A stretch of 64,000 bases of DNA. Origin: Octopus bimaculoides (lineage: Eukaryota). The stretch spans positions 24,681,443-24,745,442 of the forward strand of contig NC_069006.1 of the NCBI RefSeq assembly GCF_001194135.2, written 5' to 3'. The notes beneath the pieces were generated by a model. That model was given only the letters and a program-made list of their open reading frames with translations. It ran no database searches and had not been told where the DNA came from. How positions within the stretch are numbered: the stretch's first letter is position 1; every line of letters starts with the position of its first letter. Below are positions 12,484 to 26,237 of this stretch, piece by piece. Position numbers and translations under genes: made by a program.

Positions 12484-14389
12484 CTGTTAAATGGCTAATG
12501 GTATGTTTTGTAGCCCGAGCTTTCATGCAACATCATAGTCGACATTTAACGTCCACTTTTCCCATGTTCACATGGGACGGATGAAATTTGTCGAGGTTAG
12601 CTGGTTAGACATTTAACCAAATGACTCACAATAAGGAAGTGCAATTTAACCTGTGCATGTGTTATTGGCGTAATGACCCTCCCAAGACGCAAGATTTGTT
12701 TAACATATAAATTCACATCAAGAATCTTGCAAGCTAAATGCAAAAATGAAATAAACTAGTATCTCCAGTCTCTGAATCACACCTAGATATTGGTAAGCTG
12801 GGGAGCTGCACCAGGTTCCAATCTGATTTGGCATGGTTTTCTACAGCTGGATGCCCTTCCAAATGCCAATCACTCCAAGAGGGTAGTGGGTGCTTCTTAT
12901 GTGCCACTGACACAGGTGCCAGTTATGTGCCACCAGCATCAGCCACAACTATGCTTTCACCTGGCTTGATCACTCTCCTCAAGCATAACACATCACCAAA
13001 GGTCATGACCACCCATCATTTCCTCCCTGTGGACCCACATTCTGTTTTGCTTAATGGGTAATCCAGCACTACACTAACCAGAACAGAAGTGATGTAAATA
13101 TATGATGAGCCAATTTGGTATTCGATAAAATCAACCGCGTAACAGAACCAGCTTTGAGATTACTTTCAATTAAGTATAATTATTGTTTACTCTATTAGTT
13201 TAGGCAACTAACCTTTTGTGAACATTAATTTCATTTGTGCACAGGTTGCAGAAAATGTGTGCATATGAACAAGCACACAGCTTAGCGGGAACAGAGCTTG
13301 AAAGATTTACTAAATCCTCATGTCAAGGATACAGCATAGTTGAATCCATCCTAAGAAAGATTATTTGTCTGTACAACAGTGCAGACGTCATATAACACAG
13401 TGAGACCAATTGTACTGATTAGATTTCTTCTGCAGCTAATTTGAAAAATATACTTTGATGGGGAGGTGATTAACGAAGACTTGAAACTTTTACCCTTTTG
13501 TCACCTTTTTGGCAAAAGAGTTACTATTGTTTCAATTAATTTGGAAAATAATTTTACTAACTTAGCTTTGTCATAATTAAGTTAGTGTTTGGAATATAAA
13601 TTAATGTGAAATTTTTATGAAAGGTTTTAATTTGGATCACTTTAACCTTTTGGTTACCATATTTCTGTTGAGCTACACTGTCTGTTTTGGACCGTATTAG
13701 TCCGATGTGTGTTGGTTTACCGTGTTGGTTGAACAGTGAACATTGAGTATTCTAGCTATGTTTGAGTAGTATGGAGTGCATTTTGTGTTTCTGTAATGGG
13801 TTATTTTTAAATAACCACAACCAACTATTTATTTGTGTAATATCATTTTACGTCAGACATGTATACCTACGTCATAACATCTACAGATATTAAAAACTCA
13901 ACCTACTTTATGCTGGCTAGATCTGGTCTCATACACTTGCCCGACAATATCATTTTAAAAACAAACAATTGCATCATTGAAATGTTGAACTATGAGATAA
14001 TGTATAATTAATTGAAAACAATGTGAAGAAATAAGCATAACATTTGAGAGCCATTTGAATGCTAAAGGGTTAAATCTTTCAGTATCAGAAGGCTGATTAT
14101 TGTAAAAATAGAGTGAAGAAAGCATTTGAGGCTTGCTACTTGGGCTGAGTGCTTGAGACATATTATTGATAAGATAACCTGTTTATTGAGAAGGGCAACA
14201 GTGAGATACAACTGCTGTAGTGGTGGCGTCCCTCCTCTAAGCATTAGTTTTTCTTGGCTGTAATAAAGTTCACTTAGAACAGAAGTTATTTTGTGGTTTG
14301 TCGAGGTGAACATTAAAGATATACCGACAAAAATGTAAGGTTGCTGTGGCTTGAAAATAATTGATTCTGCTATTAAGAGCCTATGAGGC

Positions 14390-14420
<31 letters not shown>

Positions 14421-14694
14421 TCCATTTCATTTATTTACAATAGAGATAGAGAGGGGTTTGAAGAGAATTTCGCTGCTTTCAAATTCTGATCTGATATAGC
14501 ATATCAACTTTTTGAGATAAAGTCTATCCCCGAGTCATTCTCAAGTGTATTGGAAGATAGCCTATCAATAAGGAATATGAGGAATGTGTTGATGCCAATT
14601 TAGGGTTAAGGAAACAGCTGTTTGAAAATTAGAGATGGAACTCTGAAAGGTAGAATTGTTTCAGCAATTTATTTTTTTCCTGTATCATTAAGGC

Positions 14695-14905
14695 ACCAGT
14701 GTGGCTGTGTGGTAAGAAGTTTGCTTCCTAACCTCATCGTTCTGTGTTCAGTCCCACTGTTTGGGACCTTGGACAGGTGTCTTCTACTATAGCACTGGGC
14801 TGACCAAGTCTTTGTGAGTGGTTTTGGTAGGCAGAAACTGAAAGAAGCCTGTTGTGTGTGTGTGAGTGTATCTTTGTATCTAATGACTGACACAAGTAAA
14901 AGGTA
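14695..14905 (+). mobile_element. SINE family B, internally deleted
   Basis: Head and core joined to a short tail. Confidence 0.7.
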
Positions 14906-15805
14906 AGAGATCATAAACTTATGAAAAAGAGGCGATTATTTCATTGATAATTTCCCCCTTTCTAACCATTTTGTTTTTAAGTTCTACTAAAATTCACGAA
15001 TCAGTCCTCCACCTATGGTCTCAAATTACTGGGTTTTTTTCATATCTCCTGTCCTATTTTTGTTTTTAAACCTAGTTAAATCAGAACACTAAATATAACT
15101 TGATAAAAATATCTATGGAGAATAAACATTAATCAGATGTAGAAGGGTGTTCGGAAGAATCTAGAAATATATTGGAACTTGGGCTTTGCTTGGGAAAATA
15201 AATGCAAAATGATGTTTTTAAAATCTGTATTTAAAAAAAAAAAATATTTATACCTGTTTGTCATTAGACTGTGGCCATGCTGGGGCACCACCTTGAATTG
15301 ACACTGCTACTTATTTATTTATTATTCTTTTTTGTTTTAAGCCTGGTACTTCTATTGGCTTTGGTCACCTATTATTTTTAGCTTATGGAGTGGTTTTTTT
15401 TTCAGAGGATTGGTTATGTATTGTAATCTTAATCAAATCTAAGTCAACAGATTATTCTTCTAGCGAAAATATTGAGCCACAAACATCGTATCTTATTCAT
15501 TCCCCCTCGAGACAACCATGACGATGATGGTGGTGGTAGTGGTGGTGTCGAAGATGAAGCTAGTAATTTTCTCTGTCTTGTGTTATTACATAATGTCCAG
15601 AGGCCAGTCGTCTGATAATAATGGACAGGTATTAAGTTAGCTGATTTCTATTTTAATGGACATTTTTATTTTCGATTTCCTGATTAGTTTCCAAATGAAA
15701 TAAGCCATTGTCTTCAGAAGGTCTGCTGGTCATTTACAGTTTTTGAGCAATACTCTAGTTTTATTAAATTGCCCAGAGTATTCCAGCAAGAGATTGTTTA
15801 CTCAC

Positions 15806-15841
15806 CGCTAGCCAGTGCCGCTAAATACATACCTACCATAC
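15806..15841 (-). CDS. candidate 36-nt exon (MVGMYLAALAS), start of a putative signal peptide
   Basis: TTATTTCCTTTATATAATAACCTCGACAG acceptor, GCG|GTGAGT donor; only phase 1 is open; retains CpGs in CpG-poor surroundings. Confidence 0.4.
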
Positions 15842-16000
15842 CTGTCGAGGTTATTATATAAAGGAAATAAAGGTCACTTGCAGAATTCTTACCGAGATTA
15901 GAATTTTAACCTACTGCATTCATTATATAGTTCTACTGTTTTACAAATGTCATTTGTTTTTGTTTTGTTTTTTTTTTGTTTTTTCGTTATGTGGTGATAC

Positions 16001-16357
16001 TCTTTACTCTCTTTTACTCTTTTACTTGTTTTCAAGTCATTTGACTGTGGCCATGCTGGAGCACCGCCTTTAGTCGAGCAATTCGACCCCAGGACTTATT
16101 CTTTGGAAGCCTAGTACTTATTCTATCGGTCTCCTTTTGCCAAACTGTAAACACACCAGCATCGGTTGACAAGCGATGTTGGGGGAGGGGGGGGAACACA
16201 GACACACAAACATACACACATATATATATATATATATATATGACGGGCTTCTTTCAGTTTCCGTCTACCAAATCCACTCAAAAGGCTTTGGTCAGCCCAA
16301 GGCTATAGTAGAAGACCCTTGCCCAAGGTGCCACGCAGTGGGACTGAACCCAGAACC
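16001..16357 (-). mobile_element. SINE family B, CpG-retaining (young) copy cut by a gap
   Basis: Reverse complement of the family B consensus with CpGs intact. Confidence 0.85.
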
Positions 16358-17006
16358 NNNNNNNNNNNNNNNNNNNNNNNNNNNNNNNNNNNNNNNNNNN
16401 NNNNNNNNNNNNNNNNNNNNNNNNNNNNNNNNNNNNNNNNNNNNNNNNNNNNNNNNNNNNNNNNNNNNNNNNNNNNNNNNNNNNNNNNNNNNNNNNNNNN
16501 NNNNNNNNNNNNNNNNNNNNNNNNNNNNNNNNNNNNNNNNNNNNNNNNNNNNNNNNNNNNNNNNNNNNNNNNNNNNNNNNNNNNNNNNNNNNNNNNNNNN
16601 NNNNNNNNNNNNNNNNNNNNNNNNNNNNNNNNNNNNNNNNNNNNNNNNNNNNNNNNNNNNNNNNNNNNNNNNNNNNNNNNNNNNNNNNNNNNNNNNNNNN
16701 NNNNNNNNNNNNNNNNNNNNNNNNNNNNNNNNNNNNNNNNNNNNNNNNNNNNNNNNNNNNNNNNNNNNNNNNNNNNNNNNNNNNNNNNNNNNNNNNNNNN
16801 NNNNNNTTGGAATATAATTTCTCTTGCAACATGTAAAAGAGATTATTTCCTTGGTTTATTTATTTGAATTTTTATCGATTCATTTCAACAGTATTTTGCA
16901 GACTATAAGTTTAATTGAATATTCTCTGGCTTGTTTCCATGGCCATACTTGTTTCCATGGCCATACTGTCAAGTATTGTGTTTATTGAATATAAAGTCAC
17001 AGGTGG

Positions 17007-17388
17007 TAGGTGCGGGTGTTGCTGGGTGGTAAGAAGCTTACTTCTTCGCAACTACATGGCACCGTGTTCAGTCCCACTGGGTGGCACCTTGGGCAAGTGT
17101 CTTCTAGTATAGGTTTGGGCCAACCAAAGCCTTGTGAGTGGATTTGGTAGGCAACAACTGAAAGAAGCCTGTCATGTGTGTGTTTGGTTGTCAAGCGATG
17201 GTGGGGGGACAAACAGACACAAAGTTGGTGTGTTTTTTATGTCCCTATAATTTAGTGGTTTGGCAAACGAGACTGATAGAATAAATACAAGGCTTACAAA
17301 TAAGTACTAGGGTCAGTTTGTCTGACTAAAGGCCGTGCTCCAGCATGACTGCACTCAAAAGACTGAAACAAGTAAAAGCATAAAAGAA
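17007..17388 (+). mobile_element. SINE family B
   Basis: Same head, core and tail as the 11471 copy. Confidence 0.85.
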
Positions 17389-17497
17389 TATGTATACACA
17401 CACACTTACGCATATACAATTCACATTCATACACATATACACTTATGTCATTTATATATACTACACGCAGTTATTCTCACACACACATGCACACAAG

Positions 17498-17539
<42 letters not shown>

Positions 17540-18682
17540 NNNNNNNNNNGATATGGTTGTTGGCTTGTATGACTGCTGGGAGCAACAATGGGGATATATG
17601 TTTTAGGGGATTAAGGAAATGAGAAATTTTGTTTACCAACAGCTGAGCTCTGTCTACTTTTGACACATTGTTGCTAATTTCCTTTCTTTTTATCTGTCTG
17701 TTCAAGGAAATGTTGGATGGGTTAGGCTAGTACAGTGAATGTTTAGAAAATTGTTGCTGGTTGACTAGTGTGTGTGTGTGCGGGGGGGGGGAGAGAAAGA
17801 AAGCGAGGTGGTTCATAGAAAAGGTTCTAGATCGAAACAGATCTTGGGGTGGAAGACACAGTGTGTTTACGTGAAGGGTTTGGGATATCAGATACAGATC
17901 TGCATGTAATAAGAGTATGTTGAGGTGAATAGTAGTAGTAGTAGTAGTATCTGCCTGTCTCTTTGTCTCTGTCTGTCTGTCTCTGTTCTATCAAGCAAGT
18001 TCAGGAGATTAGTAGCCATTGTAGTAGTAGTGGTAGTAATGCAAGAGGGAATTGAGCATTGTAATGGCGGCTCTTCAAGGGAACAGGTTCATCTCAGTTG
18101 TGATGTAATATTTTATTTGCAACTGTAGGTTAGTTGTTGCTTAACCCCAGGTATGCTCTGATCCTATAGACCTATGATGTAACACATTCCAGTAGTGACC
18201 GTCTCGTCTTTTATCCAGATGTTGCATGTCTAGGTCTGTATTATCTCCCTACTATTTGTTTTTTCTTTTTGTAAGATGACTGGATGTGACTTCCCCCACC
18301 CCTTTAATTTTTTTTCTGTTTCTAATGAAATACACACTATCCATATGATTTATTTTTTTTTGAAAAGCAACAATTTGAAGGGATTTTTGTAAAATAGCTT
18401 TTTATTACTAAGAGTAGAATTGTTAGAGCATTTGCCATGAAGTAGGACTGAGCCCAGAACCATGTGGTTGTTTTGAAGCAAGCTTCTTACTACACAGCCA
18501 CGCCTGTGTTAAATGTCACTTTTCAAAAAACAAAAAAGAAAAAAAAACCCCAACCAAACCTGGTGCAGAAATTAGAATGTATATTGGAACATCATAGAAG
18601 AAGAGCAAAAACTCTGGCTCATTGCTTGATGTATTTTATTGATGAATTCTTTAGTGAGTTTGTGCATTTGGTGAGAGCTTAC

Positions 18683-18715
18683 TCCTCATGGGAGGAACCA
18701 GTGAAAAACCACTGA
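18683..18715 (-). CDS. candidate 33-nt exon (phase 1: SGFSLVPPMR)
   Basis: CATTCATTCATAG acceptor, GGA|GTAAGC donor; symmetric. Confidence 0.2.
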
Positions 18716-21700
18716 CTATGAATGAATGTGACTGACTCATACACTTAAAATGTCAGATGTATGGTCTTTTTTTTTTTTTTTGATATCTTCCTATCTTGGT
18801 GTTTCTCTTTGTGTTGCTGTTTTAACTTCACCATCTGGCCCCTTGGGATCCCTTTAGCAGAGTCATTTCTGATGCAAACGTAATTCCACCCCACCCTTCC
18901 GCCCCACACCAATGAAATGGTGATAGGCACTGCTCTTCCTCTTCTGGCTAAGCCTTTTGAAAAACCAAAACAAAGAACAAGTCTCCCTACTTGGCCACTA
19001 TTTAGTATGAACCCTATTTCAAGTCTGTGTGGTTTACAAATACTGTTAGCATTTTGTCCAGCGTGCTAACGATTCTGCCTTAAACACTTGCTTAATAATG
19101 ACAAGGCTAATTAAATAAATTCTTCGTTATTTTCAAAATTGATTGAAGCAAAGACAATTTATTTTGATAGAAATATGCTAACAAGTGTTAAAATGGAGTT
19201 TAAATATGAGAAGCAAAATTGTCTTTAAGAACATTTGAATACAGAATGATTGCAAGAACACCCCAATTCAATCTGATATTCTGGTGGTTTGGCGCTGTTG
19301 TGTAGCTTCTGCTTTAAATAACTTTCTTATGTAGATGCAAGGCCAGAAATTTGAGGGAAGGGAACGGTCAATTGTATCAACTTCCGTGTTAAACTGGTGA
19401 GCTGGCAGAATTGTAAGCACCCTGGACAAAATGTTCCACAATATTTTATCTGTCTTTGTATTCTGAGTTGAAATTCCGTTGAGGTCAACTTCGCCGTTCG
19501 TCCCCTTTCAGAGTCGATAAAATAAAGTACCAATCGAACACAGGGTCCGCTGTAATCAATTGACCCTTCCCCCAAAGTTGCTGGCCTTGTGCCAAAATTT
19601 GAAACCAATATTTAACCGGTACTTTATTTTATTGAGCCCAGAAGGATGACAGGCCAAGGCTACCTTGCATTATTTGAATTCAGAATGTGACATACTGGAA
19701 CGAATACCACAAACCAATTTATTGAACATGCTAATGATTCTAACACCAATCACTCAGCCTTCGTTATAATTTTTATGAATCACTTTTTTGTTTCTTTTTT
19801 AAATAGTATTTTTAGCTCAATGATACATTTAAAATAATTAGTGTTAATTAGTTGTTTTAAATTAGCGCGATTGTTAAAACTCTTTTACAGTGACTCGTAA
19901 GAAAAAGAAGAAAGCCGTCTCTTATTTCCTACCTATACAGTTATAATTATTACAGCGTTTAATCTATAATCCATTAGTTTGGGGGATAAAGGTTATCTCT
20001 GTGGACATTGAACGAAGGAAGCAAATCAATGAAGGTTAATGAGTTTAATTACTACTGCTACTGCTTGTACAGAAACTCAAGATGTTTATTATAAATACCA
20101 AAAATGCTTGTTGCATGCAGTGGTATTTTTAAATGTTAAGAAACTTGCTAATTAGAAGGGTGTACATTGTGTTTTTGTTTGTTTGTTCAGAGGCAGTTTT
20201 ATTTCATTTTAATGAGAGAAGAGCACATGTGATTTGTTGCAAGTCTTGGTTGCTTTTCGTGAAAGGTTAATGCCAAGGATGAGAGCCTTTTTTTCTTCTT
20301 TTTTTTTTTTATTTAACGTTAACAGTTTGTTGTGTTTCATTGATGAAAATTGTTTTGAAGTGTGTATAAATATATGGAACAGATTGTGAAAGGTCGCTGC
20401 TTTCTGTGTCAGAATAAACAAGGAAAATAATTTTTGTATGCGACTCTACTATAGAAAGCATCAGGAGATAACATTTAAATCAAAAACAACTGCATTTATT
20501 AATACAAATCTGGGGTCAAAAACCCCACAGACCCACTGGGGTAGATGCCATCATCAGTATTTTTAATGTCCGTTTTCCATGCTGGCGTGGGTTGTGGGCA
20601 GATTGACAGGAGCTGGCAAGGCGAGGAGCCACACCGAGTCCATTAGTCTGTTTTGGCTTGGTTTCTTTAAATAACTGAAGATTGTTTAGATAACTTTAAA
20701 ACAGGAAGTTTATATCCTGGAAGCAGAGGAGGTCTCAGGTGGGTTGGAAACAAAAGGGGTCAAACAACAAATTTATTTGCCTGTCAGATTTTCACTCCTC
20801 ACAGGTCACTCTCACCCTTACAAAAAAACACTGGTCTAATTGCTCTCCTCTTTCAACTGTTGTTATTTGTCAGTGAGTAGATTTCGATCTCAGTATCCAC
20901 CCATTTAGAGTTTGAGTACCATAGATTATTCAAATAGGAAAGACATTTTACCAAGTTTGCACAATGAACATCCTGCATTGACAGGGCGTGTGGCAGGATA
21001 AGCTATTAGCGGAAAAGCAGCATCGTTTGTATTTGAAACTTGTTTATTATAGATTTGTTTATTTTAGATGAAAAGATAGGAAACCTTTTCTCATGAAAAC
21101 ATTATTTCAATAAACATTTAATTGCTCTCTAATTAAGATAGGGCTAATGAAGTGTTGACGGTCACAATCGGGAAAAGAAATACAGGAACAGGGTAGGAAT
21201 TCAAAGCTTACAACTGGTCGTGAATATTTTGTTACCTTATATAGGCACAGGTGTGCATCTGTGGTAAGAAGTTTGCTTCCGGGTTCAATCCTACTATAGT
21301 GTTTTCTACTATAGCCTTGTGAGTGGTAGATGGAAACTGAAAGAAGCCCAGGTGTATATATATATATATATATAAGTAGGAGACACTTGCCTAAGGTGTC
21401 ACACAGTGGGACTGAACCCAGAAGCATGTGGTTGGGAAGCGTGCTTCTTCCCACACAGTCGCACCCTGTCCAAATTGTTATTTTCAAGGTCCTCTGACTT
21501 GATAGTTCCCTCCTTATTCTTGTCATTTGAAAATTTGAAAATGGCCTTTAGTGTCACAAAGGCCAGTCATTCAAAAATAAGGATGGATGTCATTTAACCA
21601 GAGTCACGAAGTAAATAGGTTTACGAAGAAAAAATATTTCTATTATTTCACGTATTTTTTGATTTAGTCATGCGAAAATATTTCTGTTTAGGAATTTGGG

Positions 21701-22193
21701 GTGGGGGGGAAAGGAGAGTGAGGTGGGATTCGAGGGTGTGTTCATTTGTGTTTGTGTATGTTATCATACCTTCTCTCTCTCATGAACTGACACTCCCATT
21801 TCGAAGTAATAACTTTTTCATACCTCCACAAATGGAGAAATATTTAGGAAATTATAGAACCATGTTATTTTTGTTGCGGTAATAAATTTTCTCTAGCCAG
21901 ATGCCCTTCCTGTTGTCATCTCCCTCTCTCTCTCCCTCTCTCGTTTTCCAGGAATGACCTGTCAAGCTTTGGGAAAATATTAACTTGCTAGGAAACGAAA
22001 CGAATGACCTTGCTTGTGTGATAGTGTTTGCTCATTTATAACCATCATGTGATGTCTAAACAAGGACATATATTGTGTGTGTGGGGGTGTATGTGTGTAT
22101 GTATATATATATAACTCTGAGGTTCCACTCACTATGAAACATGTAGCCCATATCTTTACTCTATTCCGTAACTCTTGTGTGTATGAGTGTATG

Positions 22194-22251
<58 letters not shown>

Positions 22252-22695
22252 TTTATACATGTATGTATGAGTGTGTGTGCGTGTGACAGGTTTCTTTCAG
22301 TTTCTGCCTACCAATTACATTCACAAACGTTTGGTCTGCCCAGGGCTATAATACAAAACGTTGCAACTTAAAAACTGTAACCATTTATTTTCGAGTGTGC
22401 TTGCTTCTAAAATTGGATATTGATGAAGTGAAATTAATATTGCATGTTTATTTGCAGTTTCAATTTGATTGCTTTTAACCAAAGCCCATCTCGAACACAG
22501 ACAGTATTTATTCAACTGATATAGGTTCGTTAAGATAGCTCATAACACTTGGCACTTACATTTAATGTGTTATATATTTCCATCAACATCACGATTACCT
22601 CCTCATATAACTGACTTTTGTGTAATCTAGCTAAACTGGTTTTTTTCTTCTTAAGTATTCTATTTTTTGATAATTGTTGAATGCTGGAAAATATA

Positions 22696-22934
22696 TTGGG
22701 TTGGTGCATAATTATTGCGGCTTTTTTTCAACAAAAACAATGACAACATGTAACAAAAACATCTTTAAATGATTATTCTGGAGCATATTCACCATCTACT
22801 TCAATTACTGCTTCCCATTTGCTTGGCAGACGGTCAGACCGTCATTTAAAGAGGTTTTTGCTAAATATTGGTATTGTTTTTGTTGAATAAAATTTGCTGG
22901 AAAAAAAAGCCACAATAATTATGCACCAACTCAA
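22696..22934 (-). mobile_element. mariner deletion derivative (MITE), Hsmar1/MADE-like TIRs
   Basis: About 30-bp TIRs TTGGGTTGGTGCATAATTATTGCGGCTTTT / AAAAGCCACAATAATTATGCACCAACTCAA, TA on both sides; internal minus-strand remnant DRLPSKWEAVIEVDGEYAPE* matches a mariner transposase C-terminus. Confidence 0.9.
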
Positions 22935-24372
22935 TATATGTAATTTAAATCAGTTATCCTTCGGAGATGGTATCACAAAACTGAAATTATAGATTGTTTT
23001 GTGTTATTTATTTGTTCTGCAAATTATTTTATTTTTTATTAATTCTTAAAACATTTTTCACAGTCCCCCACACAGGCNNNNNNNNNNNNNNNNNNNNNNN
23101 NAAATATACATACCTATGTACACATACATATATACATGTACAAAAAATACATGAACATAAGCAATTTGTGTGTGTGAGTGTGTCTAAGCGTGATCGTGTG
23201 TGAGCGTGTCACTATGAGCTGGAAAAAAAAAATTAAAGAAATAAGTTTTTTTATGGAAATTGCCAAACAAATGGATAAAACAGAACAATCTTTATTTCCA
23301 GTTTTTTGAAACCATCTCCGAAGTAATCTTTTGACAATAGCAGTGAATAAACTCTTCCCAATTTAGCTGTTTATGGTTGAATTTGTGTTTGTCATCACAT
23401 TCCAGGTTTCGTTATATATTGCTTGCTCTTTGTACTGTTAGCTTTTTAAGCTGTTCACCTTCAAATCTGATTAAATATAAACTTGTAAGGTGTGACACAG
23501 TAGTTACTAGAATATCTTAACCATGGGTGACCAACTTGCTGGGAGGAAGTAAAAGTAGTTTGTCCCCCCCCCCATATATATGTGAACATGTATACATGCA
23601 TGTACGCATATATACAAGTATGCACTCACGTACGCACATTCACACGCATGTACTCAAATGCCCGATACACTCGCACGTACACACACACACCACAACACAA
23701 ATTCGTACCCACTCTCGTACATACATACTTTGCTTAATTAAAGCTTCTGATATCTTAATTAGTTGTGTTCGTTATATCATCATTTTCTTGTAAATGTTGA
23801 GAGATTACAGAGAAAAACGCTGAGCAACTTGATAATCGTTTCTCTTTCCATAGCAGTTGCGTATTGTGGAAATACATTTTCTATGTGGTTCAGAAGATAT
23901 ATCTTCTGGGGTGCTTTCACGAATGTCTACTTACTGTAAACAAGGGACCCTGCCTTCGTCTATGCGTGAGTGTGACATTGTGTGTCATTAGATTCAGATT
24001 TAAATACTAATTATATTTTGATTGTAATTGTCAGAAATATAGAGCTCGGCAGTGAAACTAATATGTGTGTATTGTAGGCATGTATTGTGTGTGTGCATAT
24101 ACATTTTTGGGTATGTACGTACGTCTGTGCATGTGTCTACATATTTGATATACATATATATATATACATACAGAGGGAAGTAATATATGGTGCACTTAGA
24201 TATTGTTAATTTAAATGAATACATGTGTTAATATTTTTTCTTGTTTCTGTCAAAGACTGCTTTTAGTCATTTTCCACAATCAGGAACACAATTTTAGTGA
24301 CCCATGGAAAAAGTCCATTGAAAATTAGCTGTATACCATACATTTCAGGATGTAAATAAAGTACCTACTTAC

Positions 24373-24390
24373 CATTGTATCTTGGTGATT
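24373..24390 (-). CDS. candidate 18-nt microexon
   Basis: CTTTACAG|aatcaccaagatacaatg|GTAAGT; symmetric and open in phase 1. Confidence 0.25.
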
Positions 24391-25387
24391 CTGTAAAGCT
24401 TTTGACATTAAATTAATTGAAGGTGTGTGGCTTAGTGGTTAGGGTGTTGCACACACGATCATAAGATTGTGGTTTCAATTCTTGGATTGGGCAGTGCTTG
24501 TGTTCTTGAGCTAAAAACACTTTTTTCACATTGCTTCATTCACTCACTTGCAAAGGAGTAATCTTGCAATGAACCCTGAAAGGATGAAAGGTGAAGTCGA
24601 CAGCTGCAGGATTTCAACCCTGAGCTCATTATTGCAACATATACGGCAGAGCATTCTGCCTAAGACTCTTGACAACTCTGCTAAATAGCTGTTGTCTGTT
24701 TTTTCAAATAGACCATGAAATATCTGATTGAATTAAATAATCTTTATTGTGTTATTTGAGACTTGTGAGTGTGTAATATACTCTTACAATCACTACACAT
24801 TTTATGGGAGATGGTTGTTGTCTCCGCACATTAAGCAGTAGGGAAGATAATGAAAATATTTAGGTGACCTCCATAAAATACAGAGATAAAAAAACAAACA
24901 AGAACCAAATCAACACAGCACATCTGAAAACAGTAACGCCATCTCTAGGGTATTTTTGTAACTGCTTCAAGAAATTATATTCTCTTCCTCACCTTCTTAT
25001 TTGAAAATATCTTCTACCGTAAACAAGCAGAAATAATAAACCTGCAAGTTTTTACCTTCCACATTATAACTGCTCTTAATGGAGGTTCCTGGAAGTAATT
25101 GAGTTGTTATTGTTGGGTGAAAGAATCCAAAGGCCCAGTTATTAATAGTTGTTGTGTTGGCAGAATCTTTAAAGATAAACTGCTTTATGGTTTTTGTCTT
25201 GGACGTTTGGTCTCTGGGTTCGAATCCTACCAAGAGTAACTCTGCTTTTCATTCTTCTATGATCAGTAAAAATACCTGTCGTGAACTAGGGATAATATAA
25301 CCAATACCCCACTAAATTTCTGGCCTTGTGCTTTTTTTTGTCCTGGTTAGAAATTAATATATATTACTGAGCAGAAATAATCTATCT

Positions 25388-25742
25388 TTTACTTGTTTCA
25401 GTCATTGGACTGTGGTCATGCTGGAGTCCTGCCTTGAAGGGTTTAGTCAAACTAATTGACCACCATACTTATTTTTTAAGCCTGATACTTATTCTACCAG
25501 CCTCGTTTGTTGAACCACTAAGTTACAAGGGGTATGTTAACAAACCAACACCAGTTGTCAAGCAGTTATTGGACACACACATGATGGGCTTCTTTCAGTT
25601 TCTGTTTACCAAATCCACTCACATGACTTTGATTAGCTTGGGTATGTGATAAAAAACACTTGCACAAGTTGCTAGGCAGTGGGACTTGAACCAAAGACCA
25701 TATGGTTGGAAAGTTAACTTCTCAACCACACGCCCACACCTG
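25388..25742 (-). mobile_element. SINE family B
   Basis: Reverse complement of head, core and tail. Confidence 0.8.
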
Positions 25743-26237
25743 TATAATAATAGCCTGTACAAACTATATTTCATTTCTCCTTGTTGCCTTCTAGTGTAGT
25801 CTTTTCATTTGCTCTGATATCAGTGCTTCTGTGTAAAAATAGAAATTATACGTGCATATGTTTATCTCTGTCCCCGTTTATTGCATATATTTAGATGGGG
25901 GTTTTTGAAACAGAAAATACAAAACTGCTGTTTAAAATATCGCTGAGGGTCTTATAAATAAAAAAATGTAAATATTTTTGTTCAGTGCAGTTTGTGTGGT
26001 GATAGTCAAATGTTGGTGGAGAGATGATAGAATTGTGCAATACATAATGATAAAAGAGTGCTAGGGCAGAAAGAGTTTCAAACTGTGAGATTAAATTTTA
26101 TATATGTGGTTAGCTAAAATATATATTGTGTGTAGTGTGTGTTCTGTGTACAATATTTGGTGGTTCGTTGTATTACATTTTATTACATTGTACAAATTGA
26201 TTGTATAGTCTTTTGTCTTTGTCTTATATCTGTTATT

